Positions 20,882 through 31,862 of a stretch of 35,331 nucleotides of DNA are shown one piece after another. The position numbers and the translations under genes were made by a program. Position 1 is the first letter of the stretch. Each line of letters opens with the position of its first letter. Origin of the DNA: Macrostomum lignano (Eukaryota); the NCBI GenBank assembly GCA_002269645.1, contig NIVC01004772.1, positions 1 to 35,331 of the forward strand, given 5' to 3'. The notes beneath the pieces are model-generated. The model saw only the letters and a program-made list of their open reading frames with translations. It was not told the DNA's origin and did no database searches.

Positions 20882-21553
20882 CCTCCTGTGGCCCCGCTGT
20901 TCTCCGCCTTCCGCGCCGGTTCTCTCCTTCCTGCCTGTTGGGCGCTTCCGCGCTGGTCCTCTCCCCCCTGTCTGTTGGGCGCTTCCGCGCCGGTTCCCTC
21001 CCTTCTGCCTGTTTGGCGCGCTGCGCCGTTCTCCGCCTGGCGCGCTGCGCCGTTTCCTGCCTTGGCGCCCCTGCGCGTCTCCGCCTGGCGCGCTGCGCCG
21101 TTCCTGCCTGGCGCGTGGCGCCGTTTCCTGCCTTGGCGCGTAGCGCCGTTCTCTGCCTTGGCGCGTGGCGCCGTTCCCTGCCGTGGCGCCCTGTCGCCGT
21201 TTCCTGCCTTGGCGCGTGGCGCCGTTCTCTGCCTTGGCGCGTGGCGCCGTTCCCTGCCGTGGCGCCCTGTCGCCGTTTCCTGCCTTGGCGCGTGGCGCCG
21301 TTCCTTTGCCTGGCGCGCTGCGCCGTCCTCTGCCTTGGCGCTCTTGCGCCGTTCTCCGCCTGGCGCGCTGCGCCGTCTCCTGCCTTGGCGCGTTGCGCCT
21401 TTCTCCGCCTGGCGCGCTGCGCCGTTTTCTGCCTTGGCGCTCCGCGCCGTTCTGTCTCCGCCTTGGGCGCTCCCTTGCCGGTTTCTCCCTCCCGCCTGTT
21501 TGGCGCGCCGCGCCGTGTCCCGCCGCCCTTGGCGCTTGTCGTCGTTTGCCCGC
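20882..21553 (+). other. Adenine-free tract forming an array of about 20 GGCGC-loop-GCGCC hairpins (about 25-nt period)
   Basis: There is only one A (21142) in 672 nt. Stems start at 20941, 20978, 21015, 21039, 21064, 21087, 21110, 21135, 21160, 21185, 21211, 21236, 21261, 21287, 21312, 21337, 21362, 21387, 21411, 21436 and 21502 (a few are imperfect). Confidence 0.9.
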
Positions 21554-22385
21554 AGTTGTCCGGACTGTGTCTCTGTTTCGTGCCTCTGCTCTGCATCTTT
21601 TGCCTCATCCGTCTTGTCACCTTTGTTCTGTGCTCCTTGCCTCATCTGTCTTGTCACCTCTGTTCGTCCTGTCGTTTTTTTGTGCGTTTGCGTGCCCCGC
21701 GCGCTCCGCTCTGCGCTACTTTTGTAACCAATGTTATTCTCACTGCCATACCTACGTTGACTTTGATTTTCACCATTCATCTACCTGTATTCATTATTTA
21801 CTGCAGTCTGTTCCTTTGTTTTCGTATTCCCCTTCAGCCTCTTCACTTCTTTTTGCGAGCGTGTGAAACATCCCATTTTGTTGCGGTGCCGGACCTCGAA
21901 AGCCGGGCGCCATAGGCGTTTTTCAACGCTCTTTCTTTTCTCTGTGCCTGTTTTTTTTTCTTTGCGCCTCTGTGCGCGTGTCTGGGCGGCGCCTGCGTCC
22001 CATTGGGGCGAGCCCATGCGGTCCACCGGGACCGGCCCAGCTGTTGAGCCGTTTGTCGGCTGGCTGCACCCTGCAGCGGATGCATTCTGCATCGTTTACA
22101 CACCTTCACTCCACTGCTTCCCTCGCGTGCTAGCTCTTCTTTGTAATGTTCTGTAACTTTCTGTAATCCTACCACCTGTTCTGTAATTTGACTTCGATTA
22201 TTCAGCCACTCATAAGCCTGTGGGTTAGTAATCCCTAAAGCCTCCAGTAATCATATGCTCATACAAACTGACTCAACCCCACTGTAATTCATTCTACTGT
22301 AATTTCATTTGCTGCGGTCATGCTGTGTTTTTCTTGCCGTCACCCCGCGTGTTGGTTTTCTTTTTGCGCGACCCTATCCTTTTTC

Positions 22386-22399
22386 GGAAGGGAGGCGAG
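22386..22399 (+). promoter_or_regulatory. Polypurine tract of the LTR element
   Basis: GGAAGGGAGGCGAG (13/14 purines) immediately before the 3' LTR and preceded by a T-run. Confidence 0.85.
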
Positions 22400-23235
22400 T
22401 GTGACGTTGTCAGTTTAAGGTGGTCCCGAAAAGGGCCGTTGGACTGCTGGTTTTCCATAGTCATTCAACCCTTCAGTTTCACCGCTTCAACTAAACTTTT
22501 CCATTCGTTTATTGCGACGTTTACTTGTAGTAGTGCCCAACGATTTTGTGGCAATTTATAATTCATTGTATATTTTGCTATCCTCTCTCGCCACCGTATA
22601 AAATTGGCACGATCGATAATTTTAAGTTCTCTCGCCAGCCAATGAAATCACTCGTGTTCGCGCTACCCCCCTCTGCGCTCTTTTATTAAACCCCCCCGCC
22701 TGGCGGCGGGCGCTCCCCTCGCTCTCTCTCGCTCCTCTCTCTCCGCTTGCTCCTTGTTTCCTTCCCTGCGGCCTCTTAGCTGTCTTATCTGTTTGTCTGG
22801 CTGCCTCGAGCCTCCTTATTTCTCACCACGGCCCTTCTGTCTGGGCCAGCCTGCTCACACGCTTACTTGACTGTTTCACGCCACGACCGACGCCTACTCA
22901 CCACTACGTTTCACTGCCTTCACTGTGCTCATAGCCACTGCTCACGTCACGTCGCCATTGTGTCATTCGCCTGCCACTTGACTTCATATCCAAATTATAT
23001 TCAACCCATTGCTGCAGCCGCCAGTGCCCAGAAAGCTATAGTCTGTTTATTGCCAGTAACAACCAAACTTAATACTGATATTAACAATAAAGACAACTAC
23101 GGCAGTTCCTGCCTTTATCGCCAAGTGCTCCGCTACAAAATCCGCTTTACAAGAATTGACTTCAACTTATTTTGGGACTAAAACGGCCCTTTTAAGGGTC
23201 ACCGCATAGCTGGCCGCTACGCCAATAACGTGACA
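22400..23235 (+). repeat. 3' LTR (836 bp)
   Basis: Near-identical direct repeat of 19024-19860, followed by the ATTT TSD. Confidence 0.97.
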
Positions 23236-24239
23236 ATTTCATGAATAATTAAAAATCATCGGAGTTATACTTATCTGTGTTTCCTCTCATCGGAAGGTGG
23301 CCCGAAGGGACGAACTTAAGTCTGCACGCACAATTCTGCAGATCGGATGAAACTCCCAGAAAGATACTTGCGTTTTCGCATGACTTCCCCACTCAGGATG
23401 AAAGCTACATGGTAGAAAACTCGTGACTGGACTGCATCGCCATAGCAGCCATGCAGTAAACAGCCAGTAGAACAGCACCTACATGTACTCATGTACATGT
23501 AGTAAACGACAGCTGAGATCCCAGAGCCGCTATTTCGGGTTGCAGCAAGTAAGAGCACTTTATTACGCGTATGCCCAAATTATCCATTACTGCCGACTGA
23601 ACAAAGGCGGAGAAGATTATTCAACTATTGGAATGTTTATTTCGACAAGCCCTCACTGGTAAGCAATAAGTTAAATATTTTGCATCAAAACACACAGTGT
23701 AGTCCATTGCTGTTTTTATGAAGGTAATTGCTGTCGAAAACAAATGGAAGTCAATAAATTAGAACTGGAATTAGATGCACACTCGGAAGACAAAATACGC
23801 ATATGCACTGCACAGACAAAATAGAACTTCATGAAAAGATATTTTCATCGCAAGATGCGATTTTGGCAGGAGCCAGACACACCAAGCAGAGAAAAGTCCT
23901 TAAATGGAATACAGACGCTGAGGGCCGAGCTCGCATATACGAATAGTCAGGGCTGCAATAGTTAGTGACAATTGGACTGACCTCCCTCCAAGTGCACATT
24001 TCTGTCTGGCGGCTAGAAAAAGATGAATAAATGGGGTGGCGAGCTGCATGAACAGCAGAGCTCGAGAGAATTTTTTACTGCCTTACCAAGTTGAGAAGTC
24101 CAACAACAGGTGTTGTTTACAAGTGTGCATCAGGTGGATATTCACTAGAGCGCTTCATAGCAATCTCTTTGCGAACTCTGGCGACTCTTTCAGACTCCGG
24201 AAGGGAACCGTTAAACAGCCGTCGCCGCTGTTGCAGACA

Positions 24240-24845
24240 ATGTCCGGCCCCTGCAGGTCAACGCCACCCACCAGACAGCCGAGGGCGCAGGCAAAGCCGC
24301 CTCCACTCCCCCAACGTAGCAACAGCGGCCGCGGCAGCGGCGGAGGCACTCGTGGAGTTACTCGTCAGCTGAGCGTGCAGCTCGCCCGGGGTGGAGGCCC
24401 CTTCCGCCGGACCCACTGCACGCTTCGCGAGGCTGCTGACGACAGCCAGGGCGGCTTCTTGGCTCTCCGAGTCATCCGCGAGCTCGCCAACTCAGCAGCA
24501 GTGTCGGCAGCATGCGCCTCTGACCGAGACTCCGGCTTTGCCACCGTCAACGAGGAATCCGGCGGCGTCTACGAGAGCCTCAGCAGCTCATCGTGTGATG
24601 CTGACGCAAGCAGCCTCGCAGAGGATAATGTCGTTGCGGCGACAGAAGGAATTTCGCGGCGGATTTTGCGACGTGGCAGCATGTGCGCCGCCCTCGGCAG
24701 TCGGCAATCCGCGATTGCAGGCGGATCAGAAGAAACTGCGGCCCGGCGCTGCCAGCGCCGGCCGTCTGTGCCGGACGGCATGGGCAGCCTTGCCAGGTCT
24801 GTGCGAGGGCCGATGGGGAACCTCTGGGATGGAAGGCCGGGATAG
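24240..24845 (+). CDS. Candidate 5' coding exon of the Shroom-like gene (3' boundary unresolved)
   Basis: GC-rich ORF with an in-frame ATG at 24240 after a CTCTTTCAG acceptor. It contains LSVQLARGGGPF (PDZ-start-like) and RDSGFAT. No convincing phase-1 donor to the next exon was found. Confidence 0.4.
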   Translation: MSGPCRSTPPTRQPRAQAKPPPLPQRSNSGRGSGGGTRGVTRQLSVQLARGGGPFRRTHCTLREAADDSQGGFLALRVIRELANSAAVSAACASDRDSGFATVNEESGGVYESLSSSSCDADASSLAEDNVVAATEGISRRILRRGSMCAALGSRQSAIAGGSEETAARRCQRRPSVPDGMGSLARSVRGPMGNLWDGRPG

Positions 24846-26020
24846 GAAGTCGGGCAGAGTGATTACGAACGGAAGCCTTCTCTGGGGAAGCGAGATAATA
24901 TTTAAACTTCCTATCGCTTAAATTGTGGCAAGGAACCTGAAAAACTTCCCACGTCGGTCAAGGGGCTCACGTGAAAATTCCGGGATTCCAGGTGGTCTCC
25001 ATGGGAAATAAAACTGCGAGCTATATGGAAATCCAAAAGACGTGCGGCTTTCCATAAAACGAATAACTAGGTCAGCCCGGTCCTTTGACTGGCTATATTT
25101 TTACCCCTGACAATTGAAAGCTGTAAAAATGGCACATTTTCTAGAATAAACTTGACTGGCGGTTTTGGCTCTCTGGACAGTGTATAATAAACCGTATATT
25201 TATGCACCAGGCAGACTTCGGTAATCATAAATTCAGTATTCACTTTGCTCGATTCTTGTGCGTAAGTTTCACATTTCAATGTTCTTCGAAGGCTTTACTT
25301 TCGGAATGCTTATCCAAAGACACTACGAGTGTATAAAAAAGTTTAGCGACGAAAAAATGCATAAAATTATTGAAGTGAACAGAGTACGCTCGTAACAGAC
25401 AAGCCTTGCTCAAGAAATTGAAGAGATTGTACTGTTTATTTCTTGACATTCAACTTTGTTTAAAACAATAATCTGTGCATCCATAATGCATATCCTTAAC
25501 CATATTGCTGATGACAGAGACAAGGAGACTAAAAAGTTAGCGAAGCTTCAATTAGCAAGTTTTTGATTAAATAGATCAGCCAGCTCTGCAGCCAGCCCAG
25601 CAAATTAGCAATCAGCCATGCGAGAATTTCTGTGCTGCGCAATGCAAATTCAATGTCCTCATTCGAGGTCCACCACGCCGCTTGCAGTTTCAAGCGAGCC
25701 CCTCATTCGCACTTTTTGTATTCAGCTCTTCACATTAGCAATGCATATTTTATGCTGTTCGAAATCAATTGCCCGCTTCCTATGCGCTGCTCTGCCAAGC
25801 TGTTGCCATGGGCCTGTCGTCTCCACCCGAGCTCCCTAACCACAGCGCCCCCTGCTCTGCTCTGCCTGTATTGCAAACCTCAGAGCAAATCCTGCCCGCC
25901 AATCAGGCGGTCATTTCTTCCGTCTCGTCCCTGCAAAATCTCGAGCATGCAGAACTGTCATTTTCGCGCTCAAAATGGTGGGAAATACTTCCCGGAGCAA
26001 TAATTTAAACTTTGTTAAAG

Positions 26021-26429
26021 ATTCCTTCGCATTCCGAGGTCCCAAACTGCAGTCAACTGGCATCCCTTCCGTTGATCCGCCCAACAGGCCACCTCACAAA
26101 AAGCCGTCACCGCCTTTGCCGCCGAGGATGCCGCCACCGCCGCCGCCCCCGCCGCCGCCTCGTAGGAGACAGTCGGCCGGCACCGCAGCCTCCACTTCGG
26201 CCCCAGCCTCCGCCATCGCCTGTCCGGGACCGCCAGAGCCGAGGACGGCGGGCATTGATTCGACCATCCCACGCGCGACGTATGCCGAGCAGATCCGGCA
26301 GGCGCATCGACGGCTGCAGCCGCAGCAGAAGCACCCGCAGGCTGTCAGCCGGCACAGCTCCGTCAGCATCGTTACCTCCAGGCCGCCGGAGCTGCCGCCA
26401 AGAAGGTGCCGCCGTGATTCGCCCGCTAG
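26021..26429 (+). CDS. Candidate internal exon of the Shroom-like gene, with a polyproline tract
   Basis: Acceptor TTTGTTAAAG| and donor AG|GTGAGT at 26430 (phase 2), which splices in frame to the acceptor at 28119. It encodes PPLPPRMPPPPPPPPP. Confidence 0.6.
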
Positions 26430-28118
26430 GTGAGTGCTGGGCTGTCAGAATCAGGAGTGGAAAACAACTGCAATGGTTTGGTTGCTGGATTTTGAACGGA
26501 TAGAAGTGGATAAGTGAGGCGCGGAGCAGGATTTACCCACCACACGCATAAGCAGGAAATCCAGCGGCTCAACGGAGCCAGAAAACTGCAGCAACTCTCA
26601 GGGCCTTTCTGGCCAGTGCAGATTCAATCGTCGCTAAATTCTCCGAATGCCCAAATCGGGATCTGCGCAATGATCTAATGGGAAACGTGTCCTCAAGCCA
26701 TATCGATGGGATATTTTTCCCAAGGGCTGGGGATTCGTTTCTCTCTTGAGCTCCGAAGCATTTAAAGTTTATCTGTGAAGCCGTGTTGCATGCCACTTGA
26801 GATCTGCCGTTCAATTTTAAGTGACTGGCCTCTCGAAACTGCATTGGCGGTGCAAAAGAGAAATGTGCTTTGCTCCCCATTTTGCGTCGTTGATTTCTGG
26901 GAAGCGGCTGCCCCGCTGCTGCAGCGGGAGCTCAATGGGAAATCTCCCAACCTATCGGAAGGCGCCGCTAGCGTTGCGACCGAAGCAGGAAACTCTTTCA
27001 AAAAGAAACTTTCTTTACAGTGCGCCAAAGTTCAAGAAAATTCTACCGTCTTTCGGGCCTGATCAGTTTCCCGGTGGCAGCACAACAAAGTTTTGGTCTT
27101 TATAAAATCCATAGACATGCAGGATTTGCAGGATTTGCTAGACAGAGAAGCTTCACTATCTGAGCCACGATGTTTTTAAACTGGGGCGCTGCGATGAAAG
27201 CGTAAGTTTGCTCTCATTAAGTTTAATCCTGGCTCTCAAACACAATGTTCAATTTTCTATGGAATTTAATCCAATGAGGATGAAGAATTCAGGATAACGC
27301 AGGGCTATCACAATGGAGCGAATTATGACTGATTCCACGGTCGGAGCACGAAGGCAGCCAGACGCGAGCTTGGGGAAACGAGGCGCAAGGGATAAAAAAT
27401 CGCAATGGCGGTACGGCAGTAGAGTGTCTGGTAGAAGCACTCACAATAATCGATTTACTATACAAAAAATAAGCGTTAATGCTGCAAGCGCAAGTGGCGA
27501 TTGCTTTGCATTAAATGGATTTTAGGAAACAAAATATTTCCAGCTCTTTAGTAAAAAGAATTAACTTGGCTTTTGTGCATTGCCCGATGAATATTTTCAC
27601 TAAGCTGATTGAGGAAAAAACACTGACTTGAAAAAATCTTCCCATTTTCTTGGCATCCCGATTTAAGCTGTTTTCAAGCAGCACTCTATCGGCGAGCTCT
27701 CCCGTGTCCGACGGGAAACAGTCTCGGAATTCGCATTTCCCAGACAGCAGGCCTGTGACAACTGCGCCTGTCAATCATGGCGCTCCCCAGTATCTCCCTC
27801 GGCATCTGCTGGTAGCGGCGTAATGACGGGCGCTAGTTCTGGCCGGAGCTCCCGGGAGACTTTTTCAGAAAATATTGATTCTTCGCGGATGTCGCCGGGG
27901 CGCACATAATGGAGATAAATGCGGTGTTCACTGACTGTCTTGTTTAGTGTAAAAATAGCTTCGAACTTTGCATAGGGCAGCTAAGCTTGATTTTCCTGCA
28001 CTTTAGTTCCCTACGAGAATGATAAAAATGAGTCCCAGTTCACTCATAATTCACAGGATGGTTTTCATGATAGATGAATCATCACAAAACTATGCCTTTT
28101 CATCCAACATTTCCACAG

Positions 28119-29127
28119 GTTTCACCAGGACTCGTACATCATGAACCGCAGTGGCTTTGCCAGAAGCGAGTCTGGAGGACAATTTCATCGACCAAAGCAG
28201 GACCGGAATGCCACGGGACTCGTTCCAGGTGCCCAAGGTGTCTCAGGAGCCACAAGTTCTCGAAAGCATGTCCACCAGCACCTTGTCAGCTCGCCCTCTC
28301 TGCCTGTGTCCCTATTGCAGCCTGATGTGCAGCCGCAAGCCCATGGGCAGCAACAGCCGGACAACTCCTTCGTTCGCTTGAGCCTTGAGTTTAACACAGA
28401 GCTGCGAGCGGCCCCAACTTTATCAAGCGACTCATCTGAGTCTCCAGAGTCGCCGAACTCTCCTTTCGCTAGTTTGCCACGTCCCTTTCCAGAGCTGGCA
28501 GAGCCCGAGGCCGCGGCGCCCCCCGAACCCGAGCTGGGCGATGACGCCGGTGGAGGCGATTCTGACGGTGACGGCGCGGAAGACGAGCTGCTGCCGTTGT
28601 CAACGCAGGATGCAGAGGAGCCGCACAACGAGTCGTTGGAGATGCTGCGGACAAACCTGGGCGACTTACGGCTTCGTCTTGCGCAAGCCGAAGCCAATCT
28701 TCTGGGCAGCTGGCGCCAACTGGTGATTGAGCGTTGCCAAGCAACCGGAGCCCTAGACAGCTATGATCGATACCTGAGTCGTCTTGGGCCCTTGGCTCGC
28801 CTGCGGTGCCAGCTCGACAGGCGTCGGCGTCGCCTACGTCAGCAACAGCAGCAGCTGGATGCAGCCGCCCTACCAGCCGAGATGGAGGAGCTGCGCCAGA
28901 GGACCTGCGAGTTGGAAAGGCAACTTGATGAGGCTCGGCAGCTGGCCGGGTCGGTGGGCCGCAATCGGCGTCGCCTGTTGGCCGAGCTACGTAGACGGCT
29001 TGCTCCAGGCGAGCTGATGAAGCTGCAGGAAGCTGTTCAGCACCGAATGCTGCTGGCCGAGCAAGCGGAGGCCACCCGCATTCGGGTGCTGTGCGCACAG
29101 GAGCACCACAGCCCCTGCTCTTGCTGA
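28119..29127 (+). CDS. Shroom: Terminal exon encoding a Shroom-like ASD2 (ROCK-binding) coiled-coil domain
   Basis: Acceptor TTTCCACAG| followed by a 336-codon open frame. The C-terminal ~170 aa (LEMLRTNL...EANLLGSWRQLVIERCQ...YDRYLSRL..LARLRCQLDRR...EELRQR..ELERQLDEARQL...RRRL.AEL...L...EL) follow the ASD2 pattern as recalled from Shroom proteins. Not verified by HMM. Confidence 0.68.
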
Positions 29128-31060
29128 GTCATATTTACTTCGATTGGACTATTTTTCGTCACTTTCTGCCCAACTATTTTTCAATCTTTCTCTAAAAGCT
29201 TTGCAAAATCGCATCAATCCTATGGAGCCCCGTCTTTTTATGCAAATAGACCCTGCTCGCATGTCAGAGCTTTCCAATCACAACTTGAGACGCCCGGTCA
29301 ACGCTCTCACTTCACTTCCGGTCCGTTTGGGGCCGTTCGAAAAAATGTACAAATTAATAGACGGGAAAGGGAAACGCAAGCGGCATTGACTTCAAATCGC
29401 TTTGCTTTCGCTTCGTAAATACACAGTAGTTTACTAGCAAGCCTGAGTTTACAAAGAGCTCATTAACTTTAGAGCCCAGGCTCATGTAATTAACACAGTA
29501 CGACTGCCCTACTTAGCTTTCTATACCGAAATACATGTAGCCACATAATCTTGAATGAAATATGCGGCAATTACTAGTGATTCATTTATTGTAGCCGAGA
29601 ATTCAGAAGAATTCTACTGGCAGTAGTATGCAATGGTTGTGCACAATCCAGCAGTTGAGATGCTAGCCCTTGACTAGACCCGAGTTAATTAAACGCGTCA
29701 GGTGCCTCTTCTCAGCTTGCTACATGCAACAGCGAAGTTTCAACTGCGCAGAAAAATCGACTGCGCAAGAGAAGCAAATGGTTCCTCGCTAAGAAAGACT
29801 TGGCCGCGGGTTTCTTCATTAACGAGATGCGCTCAAAATGCCTGCCTTAGTTTCGTTCGTTATGGCCCGCTACTAAATTAAAGTTTCGCAAACTTAAATG
29901 AAATTCACTTTTTACTTCATGTCCAGATTGCGGGACGGCCCGCATAAACTACCTTGAATTGCTTCCTGCTGTATGCCTTTCATCCCCTTTGGCAGCAGCA
30001 GAGACTCGGCACAGACCTGGAATTGGGGGACTGGGAAACCCAGTTCCAAGACAGGGGGTCTGAGAGTCCCTCTGTGAGGCGGGCTGTGTTGGGGCCCAAT
30101 GAAATGCGTCTGCGAAACAAATTTTACAGCAAAAATTTACCATTTTACCATTACTCTATCCCTCAGGCTCTGGCCGTGCTGCAGCTTTCAGTTTCTTCAA
30201 GAAAAATCAATTCAAACTCTTGATCACACGAAAGAGATATTTTCGATACATGAAGGACTAAACTTGCAGCCGAAGCTCATAAAACGCGCAGCTCAAGTTA
30301 GAGAGACTTTGCTCCAGACAGGATCCACCTGCTTCCCTGCCTCCGTTTCGTGCAGCTGCAGGCTCTGCTTTTCGTGCAGCCGTGGATTATGCAGAGGCTC
30401 AGCAGCGACAACCAGCGGGCAGTTGGCATGTTCGGTGAGTAGAAACCCCATGGCCCAGAGCCATTGCTATCCCAAATCGAACCAGAATAGAAACTATCTC
30501 GAGGCCTTGTTCCAAGTCAATCCCCAGAAAGCGCCGCAGCCCCTGCAGCGAATATGTTTTTGTATGGATCGAGCTCTGTGCGTCGGCATAGATCTTCATC
30601 ATTGCCTCCCTTGCATGCGAGCGATGGCGGTGGAGCTGCGCAATTTGCGGCATCGAGGATTTTTACGTATTGGCCGTGGGTTTCTGCGCTCTCTGCACTC
30701 GATGCGGCTTTATAGCCCGGCTGGGTTCAACCCTGGCGAAGGAAAGGCAAGCGCGGAGGACAGCCAAAACTATCGCTCAAATCTTAGGCCAGACATTTTC
30801 CTTTTCGAATTACCAAACGGCTCTCAATCACGTCTTTATCTTCAGTTGAAGAGCAGCAGCCACTGAATCAGCCACCGGTGGCTCAAGCTCTGTCCTGGAT
30901 GCTGCCGTGGGGTGACTGCAGCCAGCCTCAGCAGCAGCACCACCACCAGACACAACTGGCGAGCCGAACGGACGCGCTTCCTTCCGACGGCTGCTACAGC
31001 GGCAGCGGTGGCGCCAAGAGCACCGGAGAAGGTGGCAGTGGTACCGGGACTGGCACTCTT

Positions 31061-31862
31061 CCAGTTGGATTCTATACTGAGTGAGTCTGTTGTAGAACAG
31101 CGTGTAGCTCTGACAGGGCAGCAGCCAGTTGGATTCTATACTGAGTGAGTCTGTTGTAGAACAGCGTGTAGCTCTGACAGGGCAGCAGCCAGTCGGATTC
31201 TATACTGAGTGAGTCTCTGTTGTAGAACAGCGTGTAGCTTTGACAGGGCAGCAGCCAGTTGGATTCTATACTGAGTGAGTCTGTTGTAGAACAGCGTGTA
31301 GCTCTGACAGGGCAGCAGCCAGTTGGATTCTATACTGAGTGAGTCTGTTGTAGAACAGCGTGTAGCTCTGACAGGGCAGCAGCCAGTCGGATTCTATACT
31401 GAGTGAGTCTCTGTTGTAGAACAGCGTGTAGCTTTGACAGGGCAGCAGCCAGTTGGATTCTATTCTGAGTGAGTCTGTTGTAGAACAGCGTGTAGCTCTG
31501 ACAGGGCAGCAGCCAGTTGGATTCTATTCTGAGTGAGTCTGTTGTAGAACAGCGTGTAGCTCTGACAGGGCAGCAGCCAGTCGGATTCTATTCTGAGTGA
31601 GTCTGTTGTAGAACAGCATGTAGCTCTGACAGGGCAGCAGCCAGTTGGATTCTATTCTGAGTGAGTCTGTTGTAGAACAGCGTGTAGCTCTGACAGGGCA
31701 GCAGCCAGTTGGATTCTATTCTGAGTGAGTCTGTTGTAGAACAGCGTGTAGCTCTGACAGGGCAGCAGCCAGTTGGATTCTATTCTGAGTGAGTCTGTTG
31801 TAGAACAGCGTGTAGCTCTGACAGGGCAGCAGCCAGTTGGATTCTATTCTGAGTGAGTCTCT
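31061..31862 (+). repeat. 64/66-bp minisatellite, 12 full copies plus one partial, with 3-unit higher-order structure
   Basis: Unit CCAGTTGGATTCTAT(A/T)CTGAGTGAGTCTGTTGTAGAACAGCGTGTAGCTCTGACAGGGCAGCAG, with units starting at 31061, 31125, 31189, 31255, 31319, 31383, 31449 and onward. Confidence 0.98.

Larger units (their letters stand above)
19024..23235 (+). mobile_element. Complete, very young non-autonomous LTR retroelement (4212 bp, no gag/pol), Ty3/gypsy-like cis signals
   Basis: Direct LTRs TG...CA at 19024-19860 and 22400-23235, a 4-bp TSD ATTT (19020-19023 / 23236-23239), a PBS at 19867 and a PPT at 22386. No RT, RNase H, integrase or protease motif was seen in the 2.5-kb interior. 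Confidence 0.95.

Noticed and set aside
20791-21915. Five overlapping 233-329 aa ORFs, including a basic 329-aa antisense ORF
   Set aside because: All stop codons contain A and start with T, so an A-free + strand (T-free - strand) is automatically open in all frames. The ~25-nt period breaks codon phase. Coding is not excluded but is unsupported.
19492-23181. Identical 104-aa ORFs at 19492 and 22867
   Set aside because: They are simply the same segment of the two LTRs, and no protein motif was recognised.
23294-23310. AAGGTGGCCCGAAGGG just downstream of the LTR element, similar to the LTR start (AAGGTGGTCCCGAAAAGGG)
   Set aside because: The match is short and needs gaps, so it cannot be distinguished from chance without other insertion sites.
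30099-30866. 255-aa ORF and overlapping antisense ORF
   Set aside because: No recognisable domain or consistent splice model; left uncalled.
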